A DNA stretch of 64,000 nt from Bacteroidota bacterium (GTDB lineage Bacteria > Bacteroidota > Bacteroidia > AKYH767-A > 2013-40CM-41-45), in NCBI GenBank assembly GCA_031361545.1, contig JANLRG010000511.1, forward strand, positions 91 to 64,090, in the 5' to 3' direction. The translations under genes were made by a program, and so were the position numbers. Shown here piece by piece: positions 31,321 through 41,526 of the stretch. The notes beneath the pieces were generated by a model. It ran no database searches and was not told the origin of the DNA. It saw nothing but the letters and a program-made list of their open reading frames with translations. Position 1 is the first letter of the stretch, and every line of letters starts with the position of its first letter.

Positions 31321-31440
31321 AAGAGAAAAAAGTAAAAAATAAAAAGTAAAAAGTAATAAGGTTAAAAGTCAGAGGTCAGATAAAAAAGTAAAAAGTAATT
31401 AAGTTAACAAGTAAAAAGAATTTTTTTTTGAACCTTGAAC
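31321..31440. repeat. family B intergenic repeat (AAAAGTAA units plus AAGGTTAAAAGTCAGAGGTCAG core) inside the sdhA-sdhB intergenic space, ending in a T9 run
   Basis: The core is the reverse complement of CTGACCTCTGACTTTTAACCTT seen at 32481-32545 and 48690-48850. Confidence 0.75.
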
Positions 31441-31490
31441 ATAAATGACCAAGCAATTAAACTTTGAAGCCAAAACAACAATACATAACA

Positions 31491-32243
31491 ATGGAATCAA
31501 TAAACCTTAAATTAAAAATCTGGAGACAAAAAAACGCCAAATCAACAGGCCGTTTTGAGATTTATGATATGCCAGGTGTAAATACTCACATGTCTTTTTT
31601 GGAAATGATGGATGTCCTCAATGATCGTTTAATTCGTGAAGGCAAAGATCCTGTTGCATTTGATCATGATTGTCGTGAAGGTATTTGTGGGATGTGCAGT
31701 ATGTTTATAAACGGTCGTGCTCACGGCCCAATGAGAGCTACAACAACTTGTCAACTTCACATGCGTCATTTTAGTGATGGAGAAACAATTACCATCGAGC
31801 CATTCAGGGCCAACTCTTTTCCTGTCATTAAAGATTTAGCAGTTGACCGTTCATCATTCGATAAAATTATTCAAGCCGGAGGATATGTTTCTGTCAATAC
31901 TGGAAACGCTCCTGATGCGAATAGTTTACCAATTGAAAAACATAAAGCAGATGAGGCTTTCGATGCCGCTGCTTGTATTGGCTGTGGAGCTTGTGTTGCA
32001 AGTTGTAAAAATGCATCCGCAATGCTTTTCTTATCTGCAAAAGTTTCACAACTGACGCTTCTTCCTCAGGGCGACCCTGAAAGAAGAGAGAGAGTAATGA
32101 ATATGGTCATGACTCATGATGAAGCTGGATTTGGCAACTGTACGAATACAGGAGCTTGTGAAGCAGAATGCCCTAAAGGAATTTCAATTTCTCATATCGC
32201 CCGACTTAATCGCGAATATGTAAGAGCAGCGGTTACAAAATAA
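31491..32243 (+). CDS. sdhB: succinate dehydrogenase/fumarate reductase iron-sulfur subunit
   Basis: 2Fe-2S Cys cluster (CREGICGMC), 4Fe-4S ([11 protein letters not shown]) and 3Fe-4S ([12 protein letters not shown]). The ORF-track start 31464 is TTG; the first ATG 31491 is used. Confidence 0.85.
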   Translation: MESINLKLKIWRQKNAKSTGRFEIYDMPGVNTHMSFLEMMDVLNDRLIREGKDPVAFDHDCREGICGMCSMFINGRAHGPMRATTTCQLHMRHFSDGETITIEPFRANSFPVIKDLAVDRSSFDKIIQAGGYVSVNTGNAPDANSLPIEKHKADEAFDAAACIGCGACVASCKNASAMLFLSAKVSQLTLLPQGDPERRERVMNMVMTHDEAGFGNCTNTGACEAECPKGISISHIARLNREYVRAAVTK

Positions 32244-32260
32244 GGGCAGAGATTGGAAGT

Positions 32261-32545
32261 GATAGGTCAGAGGGAAAAATTGAAAATTGATAATTGTGAA
32301 TTGAAAATTGATAGTAAAAAAATTGATAATTGATAATTGAAGATGGAGAATTGTGAATTGAAAATTGACTATGAAAAATTGAGAATTAATTAATTAAAGA
32401 TTGAGGTTTTGAAATCGAAGTCGTCAAATAATTTTCAGATTTAATATCTTCAATTTTCAATTCTCAATTTCATTCTCATCCCTTTGACCTCTGACTTTTA
32501 GCTCTCTTACTTCTTACTTTGAATTTTGACCTCCACTTTCTTCCC
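32261..32545. repeat. composite inverted repeat element: B(rev)-A(rev)-spacer-A(fwd)-B(fwd) between convergent sdhB and the Cys-rich gene
   Basis: GGTCAGAGGG, then reverse-orientation heptads (TTGAAAATTGA ...) 32277-32400, then forward heptads CTTCAATTTTCAATTCTCAATTTCATTCTC 32447-32480, then TTGACCTCTGACTTTTAGCTCTCTTACTTCTTACTTT. The arms can fold into a long imperfect hairpin. Confidence 0.8.
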
Positions 32546-33112
32546 TTCCAAATGCTCTGCAGCAATCTCTAATTGCTTATACCACTCTTCACCGTATTTT
32601 CTGGTCAACGACTCTTTCAAAAATTTATAAACAGGAACTTTTAAACTATCTCCCAACTTACAAGCGGCCTTGCAAATTGACCAATGATCATAATTAATTG
32701 CTTCTAATCCGGTCTTCTGTTTTGTAATGCGTATAGGATAGAGGTGACAACTAATTGGCTTCTTCCATTCTACTTTTCCCTCATAATATGCTTTCTCAAT
32801 AGCACATTTAGCAATACCTTCTTTATCAAAAAAAGTGTAAGCACATTCTTTTCCTTTGATCAATGGTGTAACCCATTCTTTTTTCTCATACAACAAATAA
32901 CGACCTTGCTTTTCTACTGCTTCAATTCCGGCGGCAGTCATGTACGGCGTAACCTTGTCATAAATTTTATCAATAATTTCTAATTCTTCTTTCTCCAATG
33001 GTGCACCGTAATCACCTTTCACACAACAAGCACCCTTACAGGCGTTCAAGTCGCACACAAATTTTTTATCAAAAATCTCTTCGGAGATTAGGGTATGGTC
33101 GATTGCTAACAT
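32507..33112 (-). CDS. Cys-rich hypothetical protein, DUF3109-like
   Basis: Conserved N-terminal CDLNACKGACCVKGDYGAPL cysteine cluster plus additional Cys pairs. The last ~12 codons lie inside the repeat element. Confidence 0.45.
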   Translation of the reverse strand: MLAIDHTLISEEIFDKKFVCDLNACKGACCVKGDYGAPLEKEELEIIDKIYDKVTPYMTAAGIEAVEKQGRYLLYEKKEWVTPLIKGKECAYTFFDKEGIAKCAIEKAYYEGKVEWKKPISCHLYPIRITKQKTGLEAINYDHWSICKAACKLGDSLKVPVYKFLKESLTRKYGEEWYKQLEIAAEHLEGKKVEVKIQSKK

Positions 33113-33377
33113 TTTGTAAAAATAATGATTTTATTGAGCTTAATGATTGTCAAATGACTTTGATAGAAACAATTTTTCAAAAAACCAATTTCTAAATTAT
33201 TTAACTCATTAAATGTTATCTGAACCCCAAAAGTATATTCAATTTGATTGTGATTTTTTTAGATTAACCTAATAAGGAAATGCTGAATTTGCCTTTTTGT
33301 CTCCTCAAATAGTTTAAAACGAGAAAGCTTTATCGGCCATCCTTTTTTTCTTTCATCCTAAATCAATATCATTGCAC

Positions 33378-35768
33378 ATGTCTTCGGGGTCAAATATAAA
33401 AGCGCGAATTGGGAAATTCCTGTCGATAGTAAAAAAATATTTTACCGCTCTTTTTACAACTCCTTTTCTAGCAAAACACATCAAAAATAAATTTATCCTT
33501 TGGCCTGTTCGTATTTTTCTCTTCCTTATTTATTACATCATCGCCTTACAAATTAATTTTCTTTGGTTGTTTGGATACTTGCCAGATCTAGATGAAATTA
33601 AAAATCCTCAGGTCGCCGTTGGAACAGAACTGCTTTCTAATGATAGTGTTCTTCTTGGTAAATATTACAATGAAAATAGAACGCCAGTTACTTTTGATAA
33701 AATTTCTCCGCTCGCTGTAAAGGCATTAATCGCTACAGAAGATATTCGATTTTATGAACATCATGGTTTGGATTTTCGTTCGCTCTTTGGAAGTGTTGCC
33801 GGAATAGCAACAGGCGCTGAAAGAGGTGGTAGCACAATTACTCAACAGCTGGTGAAAAATATGTACAATACCAGAAAGAAAATCAATATGGGTTTCTTAC
33901 AACATATTCCGTATCTGCGAACGATTGTTGCTAAAACAAAAGAATGGTTAACTTCTTTCAAACTTGAATATTTCTTTTCTAAGAATGAAATTCTAGAAAT
34001 GTATTTTAATACAGTTGACTTTGGAAATAATTCTTTCGGAATAAAAGTAGCTAGCCAAAATTATTTTTCCAAGCAGCCAGCTGATTTAAAATTAGAAGAA
34101 GCTGCATTACTAATCGGTTTGCTTAAAGCAACATCATCGTATAATCCCATCCATAGTAAAGCCAGGTCAAAAGAAAGACGAAATATTGTGCTTTCCCAAA
34201 TGTTGAAATATAATTTCATCGGTCAATCAGTTTATGACAGTGTGGCTAATTTTCCAGTAACTCTGAAATTAAGAAATCACCAATCAAGTGACAATGATTC
34301 TTACATCCGGCAATATGTCGAAAGAACAATCAGACCATGGCTCGAGAAAAAGGGATTCAACTTGTATGAAGATGGGTTGAAAATTTATACGACTATCAAT
34401 TCTCACCTACAGAAATATGCTGAACAGGCTGTAGTAGCGCACATGAGAAAATTGCAAAAAAGTTTCTATGAGCAATGGAAAGGAAAAGATCCTTGGCAAG
34501 ATGATGATGGAAAAGAAATTCCAAATTTTATAGATGACCAAATAAAACAACTTCCCTACTATTCTGAATTGAAAATTAGATATAGAGGAAATATTGATTC
34601 AGTTGATTTAATTCTTCACCAGAAAAAACCAATGAAGTTGTTTTCTTGGAAGGGATATATTGATACTGCAATGTCATCGATCGACTCGCTTAAATATTAT
34701 GGAAAAATATTAAATGTCGGAATGATGAGCTTAGATCCATTCTCTGGAGAAATTCGCGCTTACGTTGGTGGAATCGATTATAATTTTTTCAAATTTGATC
34801 ATGTCACACAAAGTAAAAGACAAGCTGGCTCTACCTTCAAACCGTTTGCTTACTTGGCTGCGTTAGCCGACACTTTTAGTCCTTGCGATGTTTTTATTGA
34901 TAAGCCTGTACAGATTAAATATGAAAATGGCCAAATATGGGAACCGAAAAATAGTAACAACACTTTTAGTTTACTTCAAAAAACTTTGCGACAAGCATTA
35001 GTTCAATCATGTAATTCTATCACCGCACAAGTCACGGAAAAAGTAGGATGGGGAAAAGTTATTGAATACGCGCACAAGGCAGGAATAAAATCGGACTTGG
35101 ATTCGGTGCCATCAATATGTTTGGGATCAAGTGATGTGAATGTTTTTGAAATGGTCAGAGCGTATTCTACTTTTTTAAATAAAGGAAAACGTAGCGACCC
35201 TATTATCGTAAGTAGAATTTATAGTAAGACTGGTGAATTAGTTGGTGAATTTAAAGCACCACAAGTTCAGACAATCGACGAAGAAACAGCATGGCTCATG
35301 TGTTACATGCTTCTTGGTGCTTTGCAAGAACCTGGTGGAACGTCTCGCGCATTATGGGGCTATGATATTTTTCCAAACCATAATGAGATTGCTGGTAAGA
35401 CTGGCACTACTTCAAATTATAGTGATGCTTGGTACATGGGTATGACGCGCGATTTGGTAACGGGCGTATGGGTTGGAGCTGATTATCGTTCCGTACATTT
35501 TAAAAGCGGGAGCGGACAAGGTTCGAGAGCGGCTCTTCCAATCTTTGCTAAAATGTTAGAAGCAGCTTATAAAGATCCTAAAGCAGGATTGGTTCCAGGC
35601 GCATTCCCAAAACCATGGACTAAAATAAATAAACCCTATTTCTGTCCTTTTGTATCAGATAGTTTGGAAATTGATTCTGTAACAGCAGATTCTTTATTCA
35701 ATATGCCAATGGATTCTTTAAAAGAAATTCTTGACACTACATCGAAAGTACTTCCAGTGAACGACTGA
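33378..35768 (+). CDS. mrcA: bifunctional penicillin-binding protein 1A (glycosyltransferase GT51 + transpeptidase)
   Basis: GT51 motifs (ATEDIRFYEHHGLD, GGSTITQQLVKN). Transpeptidase SxxK (STFKPF), SCN and KTGT triads. The ORF-track start 33372 is TTG; the ATG at 33378 is used. Confidence 0.9.
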   Translation: MSSGSNIKARIGKFLSIVKKYFTALFTTPFLAKHIKNKFILWPVRIFLFLIYYIIALQINFLWLFGYLPDLDEIKNPQVAVGTELLSNDSVLLGKYYNENRTPVTFDKISPLAVKALIATEDIRFYEHHGLDFRSLFGSVAGIATGAERGGSTITQQLVKNMYNTRKKINMGFLQHIPYLRTIVAKTKEWLTSFKLEYFFSKNEILEMYFNTVDFGNNSFGIKVASQNYFSKQPADLKLEEAALLIGLLKATSSYNPIHSKARSKERRNIVLSQMLKYNFIGQSVYDSVANFPVTLKLRNHQSSDNDSYIRQYVERTIRPWLEKKGFNLYEDGLKIYTTINSHLQKYAEQAVVAHMRKLQKSFYEQWKGKDPWQDDDGKEIPNFIDDQIKQLPYYSELKIRYRGNIDSVDLILHQKKPMKLFSWKGYIDTAMSSIDSLKYYGKILNVGMMSLDPFSGEIRAYVGGIDYNFFKFDHVTQSKRQAGSTFKPFAYLAALADTFSPCDVFIDKPVQIKYENGQIWEPKNSNNTFSLLQKTLRQALVQSCNSITAQVTEKVGWGKVIEYAHKAGIKSDLDSVPSICLGSSDVNVFEMVRAYSTFLNKGKRSDPIIVSRIYSKTGELVGEFKAPQVQTIDEETAWLMCYMLLGALQEPGGTSRALWGYDIFPNHNEIAGKTGTTSNYSDAWYMGMTRDLVTGVWVGADYRSVHFKSGSGQGSRAALPIFAKMLEAAYKDPKAGLVPGAFPKPWTKINKPYFCPFVSDSLEIDSVTADSLFNMPMDSLKEILDTTSKVLPVND

Positions 35769-35829
35769 TTATTTCTTCGAGGTTATTCCTAGTTTAATAT
35801 GCTTGATGACAATTTCTGTATTGTAAAAA

Positions 35830-37197
35830 CTATTGAGTAACAATTATTTTTCTTGTAAATGTTTTTTGAAGAATCTGGACAGAAATAAAATATATTCCAC
35901 GCTTCGGAAATTCTAGTTGAATTTCATTCTTATCGGTAACAGTACTGAATATCATTCTGCCTACAATGTCTGTCACTAAAATTTTATTCGGTATAGCTGA
36001 ACAAAGAACATTTAATTTACCCTCGGTGACTGGGTTTGGATAAATCGTAAAGTCAATGTTATTATCAATATTTTCTAAGTCTGTTGTTCTTACTAAACAA
36101 TTTGTCATAACTTGAATGGGAAGGGAACTAGAATTAGTAGTTCCATTTCCTAATTGACCATAAGAGTTTAGTCCAAATGCCCATAATGTTCCATCATTTT
36201 TCAAAACTAAAGAATGATTTTGTCCGGCAGAAATAGTAGATGCATTTGTAAGTGTTGTAATTTGAACGGGAGAATGTTGATCAACGTTATTTCCTATTCC
36301 GAGTTGTCCATCCATATTAAAACCCCATGCCCAAACCGTTGAATCTCGTTTTAGTGCTAGTGAATGATAAACACCTGCTGAAATTGCAATGATGTCTGTT
36401 AAATTAATTACCTGCACTGGAGATGGTGTATTCGTTGTTGTCCCATCACCTAATTCTCCTTCATTATTGCTTCCCCACGACCACACTGTGCCATCACTTT
36501 TCAACGCTAATGAAAATGTATTGCCTCCTGAAATTGCTACTATACCTGAAAGAGAAATTTGTGTAGGGATGCTTAATGCTGTCAAAGCTCCATTTCCGTA
36601 AGCATAGCCCCAAGCCCAAACTGTTGAATCATTTCTCAGTGCTAAAGAATGATAGTTGCCTGCAGAAATCGCAATGACGTTATCAAGATTGCTCGCTTGA
36701 ACTGGAATCAGACTAGCAGTAGTGCTGTTGTTTCCCAATTCTCCCCAACCATTATCTCCCCATGCCCACACTGTGCTATCATATTTTAAAGCGAGAGAAT
36801 GCCACGTTCCCCCAGAGGCAGATTTTATTCCTGATAAGGAAGTAATTTGAATTGGAAGCAATGAATTATTGTTTGTCCCATCTCCTAATTGTCCTTGGTC
36901 GTTACTTCCAAAAGTCCAAAGAGTAGAATCAGATTTCACAACTATAACATGCCCGAATCCAGAATTGATAGAAGCAATATTAGAGAGTTGAGTATTTCTT
37001 ATAGGAGTAGAGCTAGGTGTGTTTGTGCCATCACCAAATTGTCCAAAGTTATTGTTGCCCCATGAAATTAAACTATCAGAAAAACAAATAGCGTGCGAAT
37101 GATTTCCTCCAGCTGAAATAGATTGTGCATTAAGATAAATATAATTTGTTAAGAGAATCAAACTAGAAATGAAAATTCGTTGTAAATTTTTTTTCAT
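35830..37197 (-). CDS. RCC1-repeat beta-propeller protein with T9SS C-terminal sorting domain
   Basis: About 7 RCC1 blades (YHSLALK ... DGTVW[AS]WG ... NxxGQLG). C-terminal Por_Secre_tail (GIYFISVQI). Confidence 0.8.
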   Translation of the reverse strand: MKKNLQRIFISSLILLTNYIYLNAQSISAGGNHSHAICFSDSLISWGNNNFGQFGDGTNTPSSTPIRNTQLSNIASINSGFGHVIVVKSDSTLWTFGSNDQGQLGDGTNNNSLLPIQITSLSGIKSASGGTWHSLALKYDSTVWAWGDNGWGELGNNSTTASLIPVQASNLDNVIAISAGNYHSLALRNDSTVWAWGYAYGNGALTALSIPTQISLSGIVAISGGNTFSLALKSDGTVWSWGSNNEGELGDGTTTNTPSPVQVINLTDIIAISAGVYHSLALKRDSTVWAWGFNMDGQLGIGNNVDQHSPVQITTLTNASTISAGQNHSLVLKNDGTLWAFGLNSYGQLGNGTTNSSSLPIQVMTNCLVRTTDLENIDNNIDFTIYPNPVTEGKLNVLCSAIPNKILVTDIVGRMIFSTVTDKNEIQLEFPKRGIYFISVQILQKTFTRKIIVTQ

Positions 37198-37207
37198 GAG
37201 AATTGTT

Positions 37208-37738
37208 TTAGGATTTATGTCTTTTAAAATATTTAATTATCATTCTAATATCTGCCAAGTGGTGATCGTCGTGCTCTGCTATAAAATAAGCCAAATCAAT
37301 TGGGCGAATAAGTTTATTCAAACGAGGGTGAAGCGATTTTAAGTCTTGGGTTTCCTCGTCTAATTTTTCAAATAGCTCTATCAAATGATTTCTTTGTAAA
37401 TTAAATTCACTTAAAAGTTCACCAATTTTTTTATCGTTATGCTGTCCATTTTCTGTTTTTTTGTTTGTCATATCTGCCGGTCTTAGAATCTTTTTTCTAA
37501 GAATAAATTCATGAACTCTTCCTTGGTGAAGTTCTTCTAAATCTATTAAATGGCCAATATGAGTTTTAATACTCCATTTGTTAAAATGAGATTCTGACAA
37601 AAAAGTATCCGACAGTGGAGACACAAGTTCTTTCGCTCTTGAAGTCGTTCCATACAATCGCTCTATAATATTTGGAAGCCCTCCAGTCGGAAAATCAAAA
37701 TTAAACTCACGATCAATCCACTTTGCCCGATGTATCAT
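37208..37738 (-). CDS. DinB/YfiT-like (DinB_2) metal-dependent hydrolase family protein
   Basis: Conserved His triad context (HIGHLIDLEELH ... HDDHHLADI). Confidence 0.55.
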   Translation of the reverse strand: MIHRAKWIDREFNFDFPTGGLPNIIERLYGTTSRAKELVSPLSDTFLSESHFNKWSIKTHIGHLIDLEELHQGRVHEFILRKKILRPADMTNKKTENGQHNDKKIGELLSEFNLQRNHLIELFEKLDEETQDLKSLHPRLNKLIRPIDLAYFIAEHDDHHLADIRMIIKYFKRHKS

Positions 37739-38123
37739 TAGAAAATATATTCTTTGTTGAAGTTACTAAATCTTTCGGCTCAATCACAGGATGAAAGTAA
37801 TTATAAAATGTATTTTTCAAATGACTTGAAGCCATCTGTTAAAAACTATTTTTAGATTAATCGGGCATGCGGATTGAAAACCCTGAGACAGTATAATATT
37901 GAGGTGAATTGTTTGTTATGACTAAATCTTATGGACTAGTTCTAGACTTATTCCGTTTTCAATTTGAAAGAGTAGGGATTTCTTGTATTGAACTGTTATT
38001 GAAATTTAATACAAGAATGCTTAGCAATAATGATATTTGATATTCACAATTCTCCTGAAATTTTATAGTTCTTTTTTTATCATTCTATGATTTCATCTTC
38101 CATTTTTATTAGTTTTGCTACCT

Positions 38124-39674
38124 ATGGCAAGCTCTACTACTGAAGATCTATTCAAAAATATCATTTCCCACTCAAAGGAGTATGGGTTCATTTTTCAATC
38201 CAGTGAAATTTATGATGGCTTAAGTGCCGTCTATGATTACGGACAGAATGGTGTGGAATTGAAAAAAAATATTCGTGAATATTGGTATAAAGCTATGGTT
38301 CAACTCAACGACAATATCGTTGGAATTGATGCCGCAATATTTATGCATCCAACAACTTGGAAAGCTTCTGGTCACGTTGATGCATTCAGCGATCCTTTAA
38401 TCGACAATAAAGATTCTAAAAAACGTTATCGTGCCGATGTTTTAATTGAAGAACATGTAGCAAAGTTGGAAACGAAAATTAATAAGGAAGTTGAAAAAGC
38501 TAGACAACGATTTGGCGAAACTTTTAATTTGGAAACGTATCTCGCTACCAATCCACGTGTCCTAGAATATCAAGGTAAGATCGACGTAATTAATAATCGT
38601 TTTAAAATTGCTTTGGAGAGTAATGATCTCGCCGATGTAAAACAAATTATTCTGGATCTGGAAATAGTTTGCCCGGTTAGTGGCACTCGCAACTGGACAG
38701 ATGTGCGACAGTTTAATTTAATGTTTAGTACACAACTCGGTTCTGTTGCTGAAGATGCGAGTACAATTTATCTAAGACCTGAAACTGCTCAAGGAATTTT
38801 TGTTAACTTTTTAAATGTTCAGAAAACTGGACGAATGAAAATTCCATTTGGCATTGCTCAAACTGGAAAAGCTTTTCGAAATGAAATTGTCGCGCGACAA
38901 TTTATTTTTAGAATGAGAGAATTTGAACAAATGGAAATGCAGTTTTTTATTCGGCCAGGTACAGAGATGGAATGGTATTCTTATTGGAAAGAGAAACGGA
39001 TGGCATGGCATAAGTCATTAGGTTTTCCTGGTAACAAACATCGTTTTCATGATCATTTAAAGTTAGCTCATTATGCGAACGCTGCTTGTGATATTGAATT
39101 TGAATTTCCTTTTGGCTTTAAAGAACTGGAAGGAATCCATTCTCGCACTGACTTCGATCTTCGTAATCACGAACAGTTTTCTGGAAAGAAGCAACAATAT
39201 TTCGATTCTGAATTGAATGAAAATTATATTCCTTATGTACTTGAAACATCGGTAGGATTAGATAGAATGTTTCTGGCCGTGATGTCTCAGGCTTTTGATG
39301 AAGAGAAACTAGAAGATGGAACAGAACGCGTTGTATTGCGTATTCCTGCTTTCTTAGCTCCAATCAAATGTGCGGTATTACCATTGATGAAAAAAGATGG
39401 ACTCCCTGAAAAAGCAAAGGAGATAATGAAAAAACTTCAGCTCGATTATTTAATTTCTTCCGAAGATAAAGATTCAATCGGAAAACGATATCGCCGTCAA
39501 GATGCTATCGGAACTCCGTATTGTATCACGGTCGATCATCAAACTCTGGAAGATAATACAGTCACCATTCGTTATAGAGACACTATGAAACAAGAGCGAA
39601 TTGCTATTGATGCAATCGATGGAATACTTCGCGATACTGTCGATATGAGAAGTGCGTTAGCAAAACTTGTATGA
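38124..39674 (+). CDS. glyQS: glycine--tRNA ligase (dimeric class II type)
   Basis: Class II motifs and GlyRS-specific N-terminus (FQSSEIYDGLSAVYDYG). Anticodon-binding C-terminus. The ORF-track start 38115 is TTG; the ATG at 38124 is used. Confidence 0.9.
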   Translation: MASSTTEDLFKNIISHSKEYGFIFQSSEIYDGLSAVYDYGQNGVELKKNIREYWYKAMVQLNDNIVGIDAAIFMHPTTWKASGHVDAFSDPLIDNKDSKKRYRADVLIEEHVAKLETKINKEVEKARQRFGETFNLETYLATNPRVLEYQGKIDVINNRFKIALESNDLADVKQIILDLEIVCPVSGTRNWTDVRQFNLMFSTQLGSVAEDASTIYLRPETAQGIFVNFLNVQKTGRMKIPFGIAQTGKAFRNEIVARQFIFRMREFEQMEMQFFIRPGTEMEWYSYWKEKRMAWHKSLGFPGNKHRFHDHLKLAHYANAACDIEFEFPFGFKELEGIHSRTDFDLRNHEQFSGKKQQYFDSELNENYIPYVLETSVGLDRMFLAVMSQAFDEEKLEDGTERVVLRIPAFLAPIKCAVLPLMKKDGLPEKAKEIMKKLQLDYLISSEDKDSIGKRYRRQDAIGTPYCITVDHQTLEDNTVTIRYRDTMKQERIAIDAIDGILRDTVDMRSALAKLV

Positions 39675-40755
39675 TTTAATTTTATTCATTTCAACAATCA
39701 TTTTGAAGCCGCAGCTACAACAGCCCAATAATTTCAATATCATTCGGCTTGCAGCAGCGGCTTTTGTAATCTTTAGCCACTCATTTGGATTTTATGGGAG
39801 ACGAGATCCTGTTTATATTTTTTCGAATGGGAAAATTCCCGGCGGACAATTTGCCGTCTATGTTTTTTTTCTACTCAGTGGTTATCTGATTACAAGTAGT
39901 TGGCTAAAAAAAGAAGAAATATTCCCATACCTCAACAAAAGAGTCCGTCGAATTTTTCCTGCATTGATTGTTACTGTTCTAATTTCTATTTTTGTTGTCG
40001 GGCCAGCTTTTTCCAATTTACCTTTCTTAAATTATTTTTCTTCCTCTGAAACGTATTCCTATTTATGGAATATTTCTCTATGGAAAATGAAACTAACATT
40101 ACCCGGAGTATTCGCTTATGATGGAGTGGAGCATACGGTCAATCCTCCGATCTGGACTTTGTTCTTTGAATTCTTGATGTACATTATTATTATTTTATTT
40201 GGTCTCCTTAAAATGTTTGACCGACAAAAAAAATCCATTTACATTCTGTGGACATTTGTTTTGGCTTCATTAGTATTGGTTTTGATAAAAATTTCTCCTG
40301 AGCTTTTTATATTTAAAATAGGAGTAGCCAACTTTGTTCGCTTTTTTCTCTTCTTCTTTGCTGGAGCAATCTTCTTCATTTATTGCAAAGAAAGAAAGAT
40401 TCCAATGATATTTCCAATTGTGTTTTTCGCAATGATGTGCGTATTAAGAAATACAGATTTATTTTTTGTTCCTGCTTTCATTTTTATCATTGCAATCGTT
40501 TTTCGAATTGCATTTCACGAGCAAAGATATGGACAAAGAATTGTGAGCTACGGCGATTTCTCCTATGGAACGTATCTTTACGGATATATTATTCAGAATA
40601 TCGTTTTTCAAATAATTGGCGAAAAATTAAATCCGTGGAGTCTTTTTATTATTTCACTTTTGCTGACGGTCCCGCTTGCAATTTTATCATGGAACATCGT
40701 CGAAAAAAAATTCTTAGATAAATCAAGTACAGCGATTAAAATAATTAATAAGTAA
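39667..40755 (+). CDS. acyltransferase family 3 integral membrane protein
   Basis: IIRLAAAAFVIFSHSF N-terminal signature and about 10 TM helices. It overlaps the glyQS stop. The start codon is uncertain: the ORF-track start is TTG and there is no nearby ATG. Confidence 0.6.
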   Translation: MYDLILFISTIILKPQLQQPNNFNIIRLAAAAFVIFSHSFGFYGRRDPVYIFSNGKIPGGQFAVYVFFLLSGYLITSSWLKKEEIFPYLNKRVRRIFPALIVTVLISIFVVGPAFSNLPFLNYFSSSETYSYLWNISLWKMKLTLPGVFAYDGVEHTVNPPIWTLFFEFLMYIIIILFGLLKMFDRQKKSIYILWTFVLASLVLVLIKISPELFIFKIGVANFVRFFLFFFAGAIFFIYCKERKIPMIFPIVFFAMMCVLRNTDLFFVPAFIFIIAIVFRIAFHEQRYGQRIVSYGDFSYGTYLYGYIIQNIVFQIIGEKLNPWSLFIISLLLTVPLAILSWNIVEKKFLDKSSTAIKIINK

Positions 40756-40850
40756 AAATTAACAAGTAATAAGAGAAGAAGAAAATTGAGAATTGAGAAT
40801 TGGAAATTGAGAATTGAGAACGAAAAATTGAGAATGGAAAACAGCTAAAA
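40751..40850. repeat. composite B(rev)+A(rev) repeat copy (AAGTAAAAATTAACAAGTAATAAG ... GAGAATTGAGAATTGGAAATTGAGAATTGAGAAC)
   Basis: Same heptads in reverse orientation, and an AAGTAA-type segment matching 31390-31428. It abuts the acyltransferase stop. Confidence 0.75.
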
Positions 40851-40991
40851 AACAACGGTTGCATGTCCGTCGGAGTAGTTTGAAATTTATTTATTTGATA
40901 GAAAGGAATTAGAAGAAACAAATTCGTAGCTATAAAAAATTTTGCAATTGAGTTTTTAATTTTTCCTAAAAAAATTGTCCATTAACCATCT

Positions 40992-41399
40992 CTAAATTTT
41001 CTTCATCAACAAATATCCTAAATAAGCTGACGGAAAAGGAATCAAAACACTCGTAATTGAAAACCATGCTTGTTCACCGATTGCTAGAGTGTTTACAAGA
41101 GTAAGAAATGCAAAAATACCCGCTACAATCAGCTGTGGATATTTAGTAACTCCTTCACTTATTTTGGTCGATACAAGTCCTCCAACAAAGGCTGCCAACA
41201 GATAATTGAACAGCTGAAATAGTTTAGCTGATAGAGGCATGTTGTTCATGGCGGCTATCATTGCCTTCGGATCTTTCATATTTATTCCCGATGGCATTGG
41301 AAAAAGTTTTGCACTCAACGATTCCATCAACATTAAAATAATCATTGCCGATAATAATCCGACAATTATGGAGGTAGAATTTTTTCTATTTGTACTCAT
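40992..41399 (-). CDS. hypothetical small membrane protein (4 TM)
   Basis: Hydrophobic segments only. The start is placed at the second ATG (MSTNRK ...). Confidence 0.35.
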   Translation of the reverse strand: MSTNRKNSTSIIVGLLSAMIILMLMESLSAKLFPMPSGINMKDPKAMIAAMNNMPLSAKLFQLFNYLLAAFVGGLVSTKISEGVTKYPQLIVAGIFAFLTLVNTLAIGEQAWFSITSVLIPFPSAYLGYLLMKKI

Positions 41400-41526
41400 T
41401 TTATTTATTTTTGAATTTGTGTGACAGCCTAATTGCAAACATAAATATTGTTGATCGCTTGGGCTTTATTAGATCTCAATAGTAACTTATAATTTATATA
41501 GTTGGATCGAGACTCAAAAAAGTTTT

